Under the pieces are notes generated by a model. The model saw only the letters and a program-made list of their open reading frames with translations, was not told the DNA's origin and did not search any database. A DNA stretch of 62,170 bases, the filler included, from Globobulimina sp. (taxonomy: Eukaryota): the NCBI GenBank assembly GCA_003354225.1. It is 20 parts of 20 records of this genome, joined end to end, with 100 filler letters (N's around TTAATTAATTAA, not from the genome) between each part and the next. Parts side by side here need not be neighbours in the genome. Positions count along the whole stretch, not along the records: positions 24,923 to 27,936 come from PIVH01004017.1; positions 28,037 to 31,050 come from PIVH01004018.1; positions 31,151 to 34,164 come from PIVH01004019.1; positions 34,265 to 37,277 come from PIVH01004020.1; positions 37,378 to 40,390 come from PIVH01004021.1; 15 more parts are not named here. One strand, written 5' to 3'. A program made the translations under genes and the position numbers. Below are positions 25,304 to 37,626 of the stretch, in pieces (within the stretch, counting starts at the first letter, position 1; every line of letters begins with the position of its first letter).

Positions 25304-26393
25304 TTACGCCTGTGGTGTTGGTGCATCCGTAAAACAATTGTCATCAACATATTGCTGGTATGTTGGCGGTGTCACATAACCGGGGCCGGTGTCGCATAGC
25401 CAGCTCAAATCTGTGTCAGCCGGGGCCACTGTGGGGATTACAGGCGCTTGCGCAGTGGGCGCCGGTGTCGCATGTGTACCTTATTAAAAACAATGCAGTG
25501 CAAGGATCAATATACACATATCATATAAGACACTAACCTGTACATTGTACCACACGGTGAAGCTCCGGAGTTTTAACGTCATGAAAAAACCAAAAGCCTG
25601 ACGTATAATCGATATATGAGGCATAGGGACCTCCCATCACCACAGCGACATTGAGGAACACCGAGGTACTTTTATACCATTCACATCTATCAATGTCGTC
25701 GGCAGAGTCCGCGATCGCCCACGTCCATACTTTAGGATTCCAAAATAAATACCAATATCCAGTGGGGTTCACTGCCTCTGATTGCCGGTATATATTTGGC
25801 AAAAAATAGGCAAATGTACCGGTGCGAAATGTGGTAACTTCGTTATAATTTGGCGTGAATGAGCTCGGCTGCACACTCCAAATTGTTATCGAATTGCAAG
25901 TGATTTGGGGACAGCCACCAGGCATAATTTTAAAGTCTGTATCAAGGACATGGCCCGCCGCAGTCGAGCCATCTTTTGGTGCACCAATCATCCATTGACC
26001 ATCGCAGCCACCATCGGGAGTATCCTGATCGGCGGAGGCTGCAATACAATATGCATAGCCTGTGTCTGGATCGGTTCCTAAACCAGCGGCAATGACCCAG
26101 AAATTTGTGGGTGGGTAACTCATGGTATCCGTATGTCGGTATAAGTATAATGGGGAAGGACCACAGGTGGTAGCGGTCATGGAATAATATGGAACGCCTC
26201 GAAATAATTCAGATTGGCCTCCGTTGGTGATGCTTGTGTCTCGGTTAAATTCACCGTTGAGGAAATTGTAGGTTGCTAGAACATTGTTATCGGCGGGTAC
26301 TTGTTGTGCTCGATTCCATGCACAGAAATCTGAGGAGTGTGCTACATAAAATACTGCAGTTGCTATGCAAAGGAAATCCAACATTGTTGGCAT
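25304..26393 (-). CDS. Secreted hypothetical protein with a Pro/Thr-rich last exon
   Basis: Signal peptide, 286 aa first exon, intron, then HATPAPTAQAP...APTPQA and stop. Confidence 0.65.
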
Positions 26394-26561
26394 TTTGTTT
26401 CTCTGCTTTAAGTGTTTGAAATTATCAAAAACTTTTCAGAAATAATTATCAGAATTATTCTCAATACGGTTCTACACGGTTCTAATTAACGATAATTATT
26501 TAAAAACACAAACAAACACATAAATTAATAATTACAGTGCAATAAAAAATGGATAATATTG

Positions 26562-27167
26562 CTATCGGATGACTTTATATGATCCAAGAAAAGTGCCACA
26601 AAGTGAGCAACTATGCTCTACATCTTTTAAATCATCAATGCAAAATGGTATCAAACAACAACCCAACCAACATCCGACAAGGCAAACACCTCCGGACACG
26701 GCCCATGTTCCTAATCCTGCCACATATATCGTTCTTGTCTGTGTTACCTAATGTATTATATAATTTATATTATATATACATCCTTCCATGCACTGCAGTA
26801 CATTTTATACCTTTTGACATCGTGGACAAAAGAATTGTTGAGAAGATCTGGATATAATGCGGGTAAATGTCGGTTGAAGCTGAGAGGTTGGCTGCACTAC
26901 AACTACTTGCGGCGGTGGTTTATAATAATTATATCCCGGTTGTGTTGGTACTACAGCAACTTGTGGCGGTGGTTGGTGTGCATAGATTGGTTGTTGTGTT
27001 GGATACTGATACCCAGGGCCAGGTTGCACTTGGTGTGGAATGGCAGAATAAGTTTGTTGTGGTTGTGTATATATATGTTGTTGTTGTGAATATGTGTCCT
27101 CTGCTGGAGGTGCGCTTGGTTGGAACGCTGCAGCGCCTTCTGTTGAATATTGATTTTTGCCTGACAT
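26562..27167 (-). CDS. LITAF-domain protein, 2 exons
   Basis: Pro/Gln/Tyr-rich N-terminus, CPRC, intron, then YVAGLGTW...GCWLGCCLIPFCIDDLKDVEHSCSLC and stop. Confidence 0.9.
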
Positions 27168-28036
27168 TAGTGAAGTATTACTGTTTTTTGTTGAGTTAAA
27201 AAAAACTTTCCATCCTTTAGACTATCACATGGATGTTTCAGCAATCTGAGTATGGAATCGGACTTACGTCCTGATTGAATTTTGCCCAGTTCACAACGGC
27301 ATGGACTGGTGTTTTTTTCAACAAGTAAACAACAAGAAATTCGTTCAGAGCCATTCACGATGCAGCATATGCAGGTTCAATTGAAAATTGTATATTAACT
27401 ATCTAATTGCTCAAAAGTGGTAAATTCCATCCAATGTGTCCAGGCATTGTAGCATTGGCAAGGTCAGCTTTTCCTGACAACGCACCGATTGCAGGTCAGA
27501 TTTTTATTGATATTGACGAAGCGAGGAATAGGGCTAAAAAGAAAAATGATAAAAGGATGATGTTTGAATGGATTGGATATGAAACAATGGTCCTTGCAAT
27601 GAAACAATTGTAGCAAATAAATGTGATGGATGTAATTTCGATTTATATAAATTAAGTTTTCAAAATTCCGATAGGTTTCTGTTTTGATGTACATCCCTGA
27701 GGTAACTATAGCTAATCGTATCAACAAACGACGTATTCTCTATCTGCTGAAAAAAACGACGCATTATGCGCTCATTCCATTTGGGGAAATGTAATCGCAT
27801 CGATGTTGTTAAGTTGCGTTTCTCATCACGTTTTATTAAACGGTGTACAACATTAACCATAAGTTGCTTGTGAATACTTGCTGGAATTGCAACACATAAA
27901 CCATTTTCCGATTTGATTTGATCGAAACAAGAAAGCNNNNNNNNNNNNNNNNNNNNNNNNNNNNNNNNNNNNNNNNNNNNTTAATTAATTAANNNNNNNN
28001 NNNNNNNNNNNNNNNNNNNNNNNNNNNNNNNNNNNN

Positions 28037-28985
28037 TTATCGTTGACCAGATTTGCTGGTAAAGGTCTGCCAAAACATCGTATTCATGGCACGGGAAGGC
28101 GTCCATTAACGCGTTGTTTTCGTCTTTGATGCGTTTGTCAATCTCATCCATCGGCAGCGACGACATGTAGCCATTGTTCATTGTGGAGGATAAGTTGGAC
28201 TGAAATGAGAATTTGGTCAATCGGATGCGATCCACCTCTCTGAAGATGGAACCTTGTGAGATATCGCGCGAATACATATTGTCGTCGGTAGCGATATGAA
28301 ACCGTTCTTTTGCGTACGATTCGTCATAGCCATAACCATATTTTCTATAAAATTTATAGATTTCCTCGTTTACGTATTGTGAGTAATAGCGAACGTATAA
28401 ATCCCTCCAACATTGCAGGTTGAATTGACGATTTTCAGTGGCAGCGTCATGTGTGGCTTGCGCCAATTTGTTATCTATCAATAATAGCCACTCCACAATC
28501 AAATGTGGGTCTAAATTGAGCGGATATTCTAATTTATCACACCAATATTTCATGCGTTTCTCGCTGATGCCAACGTACAAGAAATCTACGTTTGGTACTG
28601 GGGAGGGAACGGACGATGGTAATTTAGCGGGCGAAATATGTAAATCTGTTCTCCGTAGGTCCATCTCTAAGGTGTTGCGCGTTTGTGAGTGGTGGAGTGC
28701 ATTTAATGCGTCTGTTGCTGACGTGTTGCTGTTTAATAATGGCTCGGTTTCGTCCATTTCGTTATAATTCTTTGTTTTCTTAACCACAAATATCCATTGT
28801 TTGCAATCGTTGGCAGTTTTCCTGCCTCGACCCAAATCCATATGGTCTTCGATAATCTCAAAATCTGATGAGTTTGAATCACGGTCATTGTCGGTGAACT
28901 CAGTTAATTGATGGTGTTGTTGGTGTTGAAGTTGCCCCATTTCTGTGTATTCTCGCATCGAAGCATATTGATATTTCTGTTCCAT
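28037..28985 (-). CDS. Hypothetical protein, 3'-partial
   Basis: Long open frame running to the contig edge. Confidence 0.6.
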
Positions 28986-29077
28986 TGCAGTGAGGTTTGT
29001 TGGCTTTAAACCTAAGACATGCTCCAAAAAAAAAAAGATTTGCTAAAAACTCCTCTGACAACATCCAGAAAAACAAA

Positions 29078-30293
29078 ATGTTTGCATTAGTAGCCGTTCT
29101 TCTTTGCGTAACATATGCCCAACGTGAATGTATGTATAGAGGCGGACCAAACGGTGAATATGAATTAAATTTAACCTCGATTAGTGAATTTCGTTTAGAA
29201 TACCAAACACCGCAACATTTCTATTATTATACGCCATGGTACTATTCATTTATATCTCTTCTCTCCTCACGAATAATATAATTAATACCAGTCGAAATGG
29301 CGAAGTGTGTCATCAAGGAAATGCAGATTTCGCTGCTAATGCAGTTGATATTATTCCAGGCGAAAATCAATGTAGACATTTTTTATCCGTTGATCATCAT
29401 GAAAGACCAGACTATTTTTTTGGAACTGCCGCCTGGATCTTTCGATATGAAGGTACGTAGCATTTATACACATATATTATACCCGCGGACGTACTGTGCC
29501 TCAGATGGTGAGCTCTGTGATGTGACCCAGTCGCCAAGACGTACCAATATATTTATGTTATGCGACGAGTTCATGCTTGGACCGGTTCAAATGTACGATG
29601 TCGAAGAGCGGCAAATTTGTAATTATGCCATCACTATACGGACTCCGTTAGCGTGTGTTGCTGAAAACAGCCATCATGCCAATTGTCAATGGAAATACGA
29701 CCAAGGAAACCAAAGCCATCGATTAGATTTATCATCGATGAAAGGCCATGTTATGCATGGCAGACAATCCTCGAATGGATATGAACAATATTACAGTCCA
29801 TGGTATGTATGTATATACGTATAAACAGTACAATTTATACATCATGCAATATAACGCAAATGTATTCAGTCAGAATGGATTGCATTGTTATCAACAGGGA
29901 GCAGCCGATGTGATGTCGATATTACAAAATCGAGAGACTGATACATGTGAACATTATTTAAGTGTATGGCAAGAAGGTAGAGTTGAACCGCTATTTCATG
30001 GCAATGATCCAGATCAAATCCATTGGGCGTTTCACTATTTTTTGAATGAGAAATGTCCGGATGGCACCCAGGGCGAACAGACCATACGATGGTATTGCGA
30101 TGCGTCTGTTGATACGTTTAGTGTCATTAATGCAACATATGATGGCCAGTGTAGATGGGAAATGAATGTGAAATCACACTATGCGTGTCCAGATAATGAA
30201 CATTATACACATTATGAAGGATTTGATATGACCAAGTTAGTACAAAAAGGACTAAAAGCACGCGATCCAATATTAAAAAAAGTATTCAATTAA
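29078..30293 (+). CDS. Secreted protein with two mannose-6-phosphate receptor homology (MRH) domains, 4 exons
   Basis: Signal peptide; introns 29239-29291, 29453-29504 and 29803-29869 give one frame with two repeats of C...L(N/D)L(T/S)S...YY.PC.NG..C...C...Y..(G/N)E.C...T.I...CD...C.(Y/W).....(T/S)..AC. Confidence 0.8.
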
Positions 30294-30380
30294 TCGATTG
30301 TTTATGTTTGTAACTTTTTCCTATTATTATAGTTAATATTATATCATTTATATAAAATAGAGACAAATCTCTCACTATAA

Positions 30381-30540
30381 TTAACTTTTTTGGTCAGTTT
30401 CATTTCAATGATTGGCAGAGTGTTTTGAAGACTTAAGTAATCCTAGCAATGACCTAGTATTCGAAGTTGAAAACCACTCTAGCTAACCCAAAAACCTTGC
30501 CAATCATTGAAATGAAACGAAACTAGCCAAAAAAAGTTAA
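30381..30540. repeat. Small inverted-repeat (MITE-like) element bounded by TTAA
   Basis: TTAACTTTTTTGGTCAGTTTTCATTTCAATGATTGGCA ... TGCCAATCATTGAAATGAAACGAAACTAGCCAAAAAAAGTTAA. Confidence 0.7.
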
Positions 30541-31150
30541 ATGAGTTTCTGTAAAATGTAAATTCGTAAACATGTGCTCTTTGACAGTCGTTGTATTTCA
30601 TTTTGCTCATAATCAACTGCAAAAGATAAGTTCACGTGTTTTTGGTTCATCGGATTTCGACTTTTGTTGACCACCATATATAGAATGGATGGGTTATCTC
30701 ATCGTTTACGTTTACATTTAATTTTAAGCTGTTTGAGTGGTTTTCTCAAATTCTTGACAATGGAAATGTAATATCAAATAACTTAATAGAAAAATATCAT
30801 TGTTGCCAAAAAACAGCCATAAACTCCATTCAAACATCAATGACAAATGTAACAAAATCATTACATATTATATCATTTATATGTGATAAAAATTTGAGAA
30901 AAACTGCTCATTTGATGGCCTCATTAAACATTGATGTAGCATACTTTGACGGTAATTCAAGTGAAAATTATTCCAAATTATTCAATATTGCGCGAAATGA
31001 ATTCACGCAGAATAAAAAAGTGGTAAAGCGAAAGCATTGTCCAAAATATTNNNNNNNNNNNNNNNNNNNNNNNNNNNNNNNNNNNNNNNNNNNNTTAATT
31101 AATTAANNNNNNNNNNNNNNNNNNNNNNNNNNNNNNNNNNNNNNNNNNNN

Positions 31151-31525
31151 TTTAACTTCATCCAATTCGTTGCTATGTGTTGCTAATAAATGATAATAAT
31201 CATCCAACACAAAAACACCATACACATTTAAACAAAAATCACTCCATTCTTTCACTGAGTTATTCCACTTATTATAATATGTTAACGCAAATGCTAATCG
31301 TTGTAAATGTTGACAGTTATTGATAATATCAGTTGTTGTATGATGGCAATTCATTTCAGTTTGTTTGAATAGATTTCTATTTATCTCATTTGTTATTTCA
31401 TCATCATTTGCTTTTGAGTCTACACAACCGATATGGTCTTGTTTATTTTGTTTATTCTCATGTGTGGATTGTGCGCCATTTGGTGGTTCAGCATTTGCTA
31501 GAAATGTCTCATTAACACAGTCCAT
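31151..31525 (-). CDS. Hypothetical protein, N-terminal part
   Basis: CHH...IINNCQHLQRLAFALTYY...LDDYYHLLATH module. Confidence 0.55.
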
Positions 31526-31661
31526 GTTTTCTTGTCTAGTTCAGTTCAAAAAACAATCTTTAATTTACAAAAGAGCAACAAACAAACAAACAAAACAACC
31601 AATATCCATATAATACATCAACTTAATCACAGTTCAATACATCAACTTAATCACAGACCCA

Positions 31662-33851
31662 ATGGAGTGTAATAATAAATGGCTTCTGTCTAATAATACA
31701 TTGGATACATTAAAAATATGGAACTCAACATGTGATACACGACCAACATCATCACCAACAATATCACCGACAACATCAAATCCAAGTAATTATCCGACAC
31801 AAAATCCAACTGATACACCAACATATATTCCGACAAGATTACCAACTATAAACCCAACAACATATGAACCCACATTATATACATCTATTGCTACGGTTAT
31901 ATTTACAACAAATATAGAAATAGAAACCTCCCAAACATCAGAGATTGCATCAACAGAAATATTACCATTAATAGTAGAAAATAAACGATTATCAACAGAT
32001 ACCTTTATGGTTTTGTTAGGCATTGTTGTCTTACTATTTATGTGTTGCTTTTTCGGTGTATGTGTCATTGTGTGTTGGTTTTGTAACAGTAACGAATCAA
32101 ACAAAAACACTGTTGTACATTCAAAAAGAGGCGGTAACGTTGTGTTGGATGCCCCGCGTTTCCGAGAAACACTCAATGAATATATGACACAACACTTTCA
32201 GGATAATTTTGATCAATTATTGCGCAAATCAGTCGGTGATATGGTGAAACAAAATAAGTCAATGGAAGTGCAACATCATTACGATGATAGGAAGCGATAC
32301 ATGAATAATAATGAAGGCAAACGCTTTTATGCCAATAATCAGCTATATGTTGCCAATGATAATGCGTGTACAGCATCATGTACCTCATATATTTCAGGTA
32401 CAAATGACATCGATGCAATAACGCAATCATTTGCTACGGATGACTCACCACAGCAATATATTCAAGAGAGAGTGCACAGTAATAATAATAATAGATATGG
32501 TCATGGTAAACTACGTCAATATGATATGTATGATGATGCTGACAATGATAATGCATACAATGCTGACAATGATATTATTATTAACAATAAGACGCATGTC
32601 TATAATATTGTGATTAATGAAGATGATGTATTGGATGAAGAGGAGTATAATCGACAGATGGATGAATATAATATTCATGGTCAGGCGGTGTCGACTCGTA
32701 AATCCATTGGTGGCCAAAGTGCAGTTTCCAAAATAACAGATGCCTCATTTGGTAGTAATCAAACAGAGGAGAAAGAGGATAATTTATTTTATAATACACG
32801 AAAATATAAAATGAATCGACTAAAACTTAGCAAAGAACTATTATCAAAACAGCCAATTGAAGTTGCCATATTTCCTGAAGATGGCGAAGGTGTTGAAACT
32901 ATCCAAAATATGCCAGATTTAGCTCGTGATTCCATCAAATTGACACCGTCGTCGTCAGATAAAAAACAGCAAACAATATCTGTATCACAATCACAATCAC
33001 CATTACAATCATCATCAAATAATAATAATATGACAGAGATAAAATCATTATATATTAATATGAATGAAAAGAATAAGGCATTGAAAGAGCACAAGAACGA
33101 GAATGAAGTGGTAATAAAAAAAAGTCCGCCAACTCTAAAACCACCACCAAATTCAGAGATTGAATCCCCATCAACATCTGTATTATTATCCGGTTATAAG
33201 TCAAGTGATGATATTATTAATCATATGCATGATATTGATATTGATGATATATTGAATATTAAATCTATGCAACAAAACGAGAATAGACACCGAAAGAGTT
33301 TGCATTTAAATAATTTAACTCCGAAAAGACAGTCAATATCAGGCACACATAAATCGGGCCGTTCTTTTGTAACATTATTTGATGAAAAAAAACAGATTGA
33401 ACATGTACATAATGATGAGGATGATGATGATCTTGATGATGATTTAGATGATATGAATGATAATAATTTAGATTCGGGTGATAACAGTTTAGATTTACAT
33501 GATGATGATTTAGAAGAGTCAAATACTGAGGATTTAAGTAAACAATTATTTGGGACACATAGTGTGAGTAATAATGATTATAATTATCAAACACCAGCGG
33601 AAGCTGTAGAGACTGTATCGACTGTGGTAGGAACAGAGATAACTATACATAGTGAACACGACACAATCACTCCATCACCATTTCAGCACACATTGCAATC
33701 TCAGATAATACAGAATAAAAATTACAATAAAAATAAGTCATTAACGTTAACAAAACATTTCGTAAACCAATTTTCAAATAGTTTTGAAATATCTGAAATG
33801 TCACAGCTTCATTCTTCACCAAATCCAAATGATAGCCATTATATTGATTAA
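31662..33851 (+). CDS. Single-pass membrane protein with PT-repeat stalk and long low-complexity tail
   Basis: 729 aa ORF; PTxxPT repeats; Cys-rich TM; N/D/S-rich tail. Confidence 0.75.
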   Translation: MECNNKWLLSNNTLDTLKIWNSTCDTRPTSSPTISPTTSNPSNYPTQNPTDTPTYIPTRLPTINPTTYEPTLYTSIATVIFTTNIEIETSQTSEIASTEILPLIVENKRLSTDTFMVLLGIVVLLFMCCFFGVCVIVCWFCNSNESNKNTVVHSKRGGNVVLDAPRFRETLNEYMTQHFQDNFDQLLRKSVGDMVKQNKSMEVQHHYDDRKRYMNNNEGKRFYANNQLYVANDNACTASCTSYISGTNDIDAITQSFATDDSPQQYIQERVHSNNNNRYGHGKLRQYDMYDDADNDNAYNADNDIIINNKTHVYNIVINEDDVLDEEEYNRQMDEYNIHGQAVSTRKSIGGQSAVSKITDASFGSNQTEEKEDNLFYNTRKYKMNRLKLSKELLSKQPIEVAIFPEDGEGVETIQNMPDLARDSIKLTPSSSDKKQQTISVSQSQSPLQSSSNNNNMTEIKSLYINMNEKNKALKEHKNENEVVIKKSPPTLKPPPNSEIESPSTSVLLSGYKSSDDIINHMHDIDIDDILNIKSMQQNENRHRKSLHLNNLTPKRQSISGTHKSGRSFVTLFDEKKQIEHVHNDEDDDDLDDDLDDMNDNNLDSGDNSLDLHDDDLEESNTEDLSKQLFGTHSVSNNDYNYQTPAEAVETVSTVVGTEITIHSEHDTITPSPFQHTLQSQIIQNKNYNKNKSLTLTKHFVNQFSNSFEISEMSQLHSSPNPNDSHYID

Positions 33852-34264
33852 CATTATTTATTATTATATATTTACTTTCTTTTGACGGTTTTTAATTTGT
33901 TTGTTTTATATCTGTTTTTATTTCATCTTTGTTTTAACAGTTTTTCTTTTATTATTTAGAGTTTCTTTTTTTCCCCATGTCATTAAAGTTGATTAAACGT
34001 GCAAGATTAAAAATTGTCATCATCATTTAGATGCTTTCTTCCACTGCAGACACAACTAATGATCGGACTTCAACTTTTGGAGTTGATCGCTCACCACAAT
34101 AAATTAGCTCAATAGTTGTGACTCCAGTGGTTATGAACGTATTTTGGTTTGAAACAAAAAGGAANNNNNNNNNNNNNNNNNNNNNNNNNNNNNNNNNNNN
34201 NNNNNNNNTTAATTAATTAANNNNNNNNNNNNNNNNNNNNNNNNNNNNNNNNNNNNNNNNNNNN

Positions 34265-34588
34265 ATTGCCAATTCCTCATCTTCTGTGATTACATGATAT
34301 CTGTGGTTATATCATATTATTCATAAAAAAGAATTAGGTGCAATGCGGTCAGAGTATACATACTTGCGCATTTTATTGACAGCATTCATAATATTAGGTA
34401 TCAGATGTGCTTTGGCAAATAATTGTGGATCGCTCATCAAACCTTGCAATTCATTTGATGACATTGATAAAGATTGCGGTTTGACTGCGTCATGTTTGAT
34501 AAACAAATCTTTAACATCTTCCATTCCATTTTTATTGATCCACGCGTCGAAATTGAATGCTGTGTCTTCACCTTCATTACTTTTGTGC
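34265..34588 (-). CDS. SAM-like domain protein, N-terminal part
   Basis: FDAWINKNGMEDVKDLFIKH pattern, then a probable intron. Confidence 0.4.
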
Positions 34589-34808
34589 AGCATTTTTCTT
34601 CACTGTGAACAGCTCAAAATTTCGGGTTTCTGCGAAAGAAGACTTAACAATGAGTTTTAATAGAAAATTTGTTCGTAGCGCGTATCAGAACTATTCGATT
34701 AAAATGCAACAATTGCAGCTGAAACTCACATACAATGTTGATTATGAATTATGCAATAATAATTTCCGCTGAATTCCTTCTTTTTGATGGTTTGTTGAAA
34801 AAATAAAA

Positions 34809-35843
34809 ATGCCCATACGTTTACGAATAACTATTCACTTAAAAGTGGATAAATGTTCACAAGTATTCAAATTCCCAAAATGTTTCAAAGTATTTGCATG
34901 GACTTCGATCAGCGAAATCGCGCAACGAATACAGAGCGCGACTGGAATAGCGGCAGACACACAACGACTATTTTATCGCGGTACAGAAATAACATCGAAT
35001 CACACTCTCTCATATTATGGTATAACCCATGGGAGTTGCATCTATCTGCAATGTGGCAAAGCAGACGCTATTCATCCAATCGTTGTGCATGGAATTAGTA
35101 TCACTCCGTCGGAAGAACATAAGGTATTAATTAAAGAATGTAACGATGGATTAGTAAGCGGCAAAAAACCAATATCGTCAGGTTACGGTGAAGGAGGAAG
35201 TTATGTTTTATTCAACAACAGAAATGAAAAAATGGCTGTATTTAAACCATTGGATGAAGAAGCCGGATGTCACAAATCTCACAATCTTACAGCCACTCAG
35301 ATGATAAATGATTACGGTATAAAGCCCGGTGAATGTTATTTGCGAGAGATTGCAGCATATTTAATTGATTCAAAAATCCCCTGTACTCTGAAAGTGGAAA
35401 TAGTTTCTGATCTGTTTCCGAAACCAGATGAAAATGTGCGAGGAAAAACAGTTTTTGCCAAAGTCGGTTCACTGCAAAAGTTTATGGTTGGTGAGGTAGT
35501 GGAAAATTTTGGAACTGCATTTTTTACCAATTTGCCCATTCGACAAGTGCATAAAATTGGAGTTTTAGACATTCGCATTCTAAATTGTGACCGAAATGGA
35601 GGTAATTTATTGCTGGCAAAGGACGAGTATTATATTGAAGATAAAAAGTATTATAATTATGAATTAATTCCCATCGATCATGGATTGACATTCCCAGAAA
35701 AACTGAATATTACAAGTGATCATCGCATCGGCTGTATCCCGCACCACCGCCGCAACCAAATGGGTTGCTACGTAATGATACGACCGATGCGGAGATGTAT
35801 ATGCCGAGCATTGGGTGTTGAAACTGTATTTTATTTTATTTAA
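34809..35843 (+). CDS. Ubiquitin-like-domain type II PI4-kinase (PI4K-gamma-like), apparently C-terminally truncated
   Basis: Ubl segment TGIAADTQRLFYRG...TLSYYGI; GEGGSY, AVFKPLDEE, YLREIAAYLID, KVGSLQKF, VHKIGVLDIRILNCDRNGGNLL, LIPIDHGLTFP. Confidence 0.85.
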   Translation: MPIRLRITIHLKVDKCSQVFKFPKCFKVFAWTSISEIAQRIQSATGIAADTQRLFYRGTEITSNHTLSYYGITHGSCIYLQCGKADAIHPIVVHGISITPSEEHKVLIKECNDGLVSGKKPISSGYGEGGSYVLFNNRNEKMAVFKPLDEEAGCHKSHNLTATQMINDYGIKPGECYLREIAAYLIDSKIPCTLKVEIVSDLFPKPDENVRGKTVFAKVGSLQKFMVGEVVENFGTAFFTNLPIRQVHKIGVLDIRILNCDRNGGNLLLAKDEYYIEDKKYYNYELIPIDHGLTFPEKLNITSDHRIGCIPHHRRNQMGCYVMIRPMRRCICRALGVETVFYFI

Positions 35844-36120
35844 TTTCTTTTTTTTTTTGCTTATTTACGTAAGTAAATTGTTCTATTATCCCGCTATTTT
35901 TTTTTTTAATATTGTTGTGGTTGCTTAAATAAATTATTGCAGCAAGTTACACGTTACAGATCAGAATTAATTGTTTAAATTTCACTTTTTAATAATTTTT
36001 TCATTAATTGCAATTTTTCGTTAAAATCAATGTACAAATTCAAAACTGTGTTCTTTTTAATTCAATAGATCCTTGCACATAAATCATTAGTTACAAAAAA
36101 AAACCAGCTTTTGAAGTATA

Positions 36121-37005
36121 ATGGCAGTTTCTAGGAAGCGTACATTTGACGAATGTGAAGGAAATGGAATTGACAGCATAACGAATCCATTAAAAAAACA
36201 AAAATTATCACGTAAAAGTGAGATTAAAAGCATATTTTTGGACTCTGTTGATCACGCACAATTTATGATATTATTTGAAACAATTGAGAAATATGTGAAG
36301 AATATTAGAGTTCCAACAGAAATTAGTCAAGAAATTGCAGAGTATGCAACAGGAATAATTCATAAATGCTCAAATCCAACAAATCCAAATTGTATAATAG
36401 ATATACATATATTGAATGAACATTGGACCGATGGCAGTGATAATAATATAAAATCATGGATATATTGTGATGAATTTAATAAATTTTTTTGTGAAGAATG
36501 TGCGCAAAATACATTTTATTTTGACTGTTGTTGCAGCCTTCAATATGTTGATAAAAATAGTAAAGAATGTAGTTGTTGCACTAAAAGGCATTCTAAATAT
36601 GTTGAACCGCGGGGAAATGAATGGCAATGTAAATTTTGTCAGGATGATAAACAAGGAATTTGTGGAAAATGTAGTAATTGGACATGTTATTATTGTCGAC
36701 TTGAACAAGAATTCGAATGTAAACATAATATGTGTTGCAATGGATTTCAATGCTTAGACTGTGAAAACATACTTTGTATTAACTGTCATGATTATAAACG
36801 CTGTGATGTTTGTTGTGAATTTTATTGCGCTGAATGTGCAGTAAATTGTTTAGTAAGTTTGAATGGGGAAAGATATAAAAATGTTTGTATTATTGATAAA
36901 AGAATTTTTTGTATTGGACTTGATAATGATAATTGTTGTGATAAACTCAAAGCATTGCATGAGTATGACTGTGATTCTAATAAAACCTGTAAATCAAAAC
37001 AATGA
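36121..37005 (+). CDS. Cys-rich (many CxxC) protein with N-terminal NLS-like motif
   Basis: RKR...PLKKQKL, IRVPTEISQEIAEY, many CxxC pairs. Confidence 0.7.
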   Translation: MAVSRKRTFDECEGNGIDSITNPLKKQKLSRKSEIKSIFLDSVDHAQFMILFETIEKYVKNIRVPTEISQEIAEYATGIIHKCSNPTNPNCIIDIHILNEHWTDGSDNNIKSWIYCDEFNKFFCEECAQNTFYFDCCCSLQYVDKNSKECSCCTKRHSKYVEPRGNEWQCKFCQDDKQGICGKCSNWTCYYCRLEQEFECKHNMCCNGFQCLDCENILCINCHDYKRCDVCCEFYCAECAVNCLVSLNGERYKNVCIIDKRIFCIGLDNDNCCDKLKALHEYDCDSNKTCKSKQ

Positions 37006-37377
37006 ATTTTTTAGTTATTTTGCCGTGTCAGACTTCTAGGGCTCATCAACTATTTTTTTTGATGATTTAATTCTTTTTTCCTTTTGAGTTGTTGAAAGCC
37101 CATAAATCTCAAATCCATGACACAATATGTGATGAGAACCATATGAATTATTTCCCGTGATATATATTCTGAACATTCTATATGATTTATTACAATTTGA
37201 AATGTTCCATGAATGAGATTGTTTTGCTGCATTAATTGTTGTATCATTTGTATGTTTTTTGAGAAGCTCCCAATTTGNNNNNNNNNNNNNNNNNNNNNNN
37301 NNNNNNNNNNNNNNNNNNNNNTTAATTAATTAANNNNNNNNNNNNNNNNNNNNNNNNNNNNNNNNNNNNNNNNNNNN

Positions 37378-37612
37378 GACCATTAGCGCGGTATTGAAAC
37401 CACTTGCACTGCCATCCTACAATTTGCCCCGCACTACCAAGCCGAGTATCGTTTTCACTTAATTTAATATGATATTCAACACCAGGCTGATTCTTTAATT
37501 CTTTCAGTGGTCCCAAAAATCCAAATTGGCGGCGTACAATACTCCGACATAGTTTTTCAAAATTATCAGTATCTGCCCCCGAAAGGCTTTTAAATCTACT
37601 CCAATCCAACAT
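37378..37612 (-). CDS. Bacterial protein beginning with an Mrr-like/Avs4-type nuclease domain, cut by the contig end
   Basis: W..FK......NFEKLC...KNQPGVE...IVGWQCKWF; AGGAG RBS overlapping the upstream stop codon. Confidence 0.7.
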
Positions 37613-37626
37613 AATAGACACAACTC

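Noticed and set aside
31612-31657. Tandem duplication AATACATCAACTTAATCACAG; similar two-copy duplications near 57777-57840 and 59854-59890
   Set aside because: Only two copies each, consistent with ordinary slippage duplications.
3117-37277. Alternative genetic code to explain fragmented ORFs
   Set aside because: The breaks I checked are resolved by canonical GT-AG introns, and long genes end in TAA, TAG or TGA normally.
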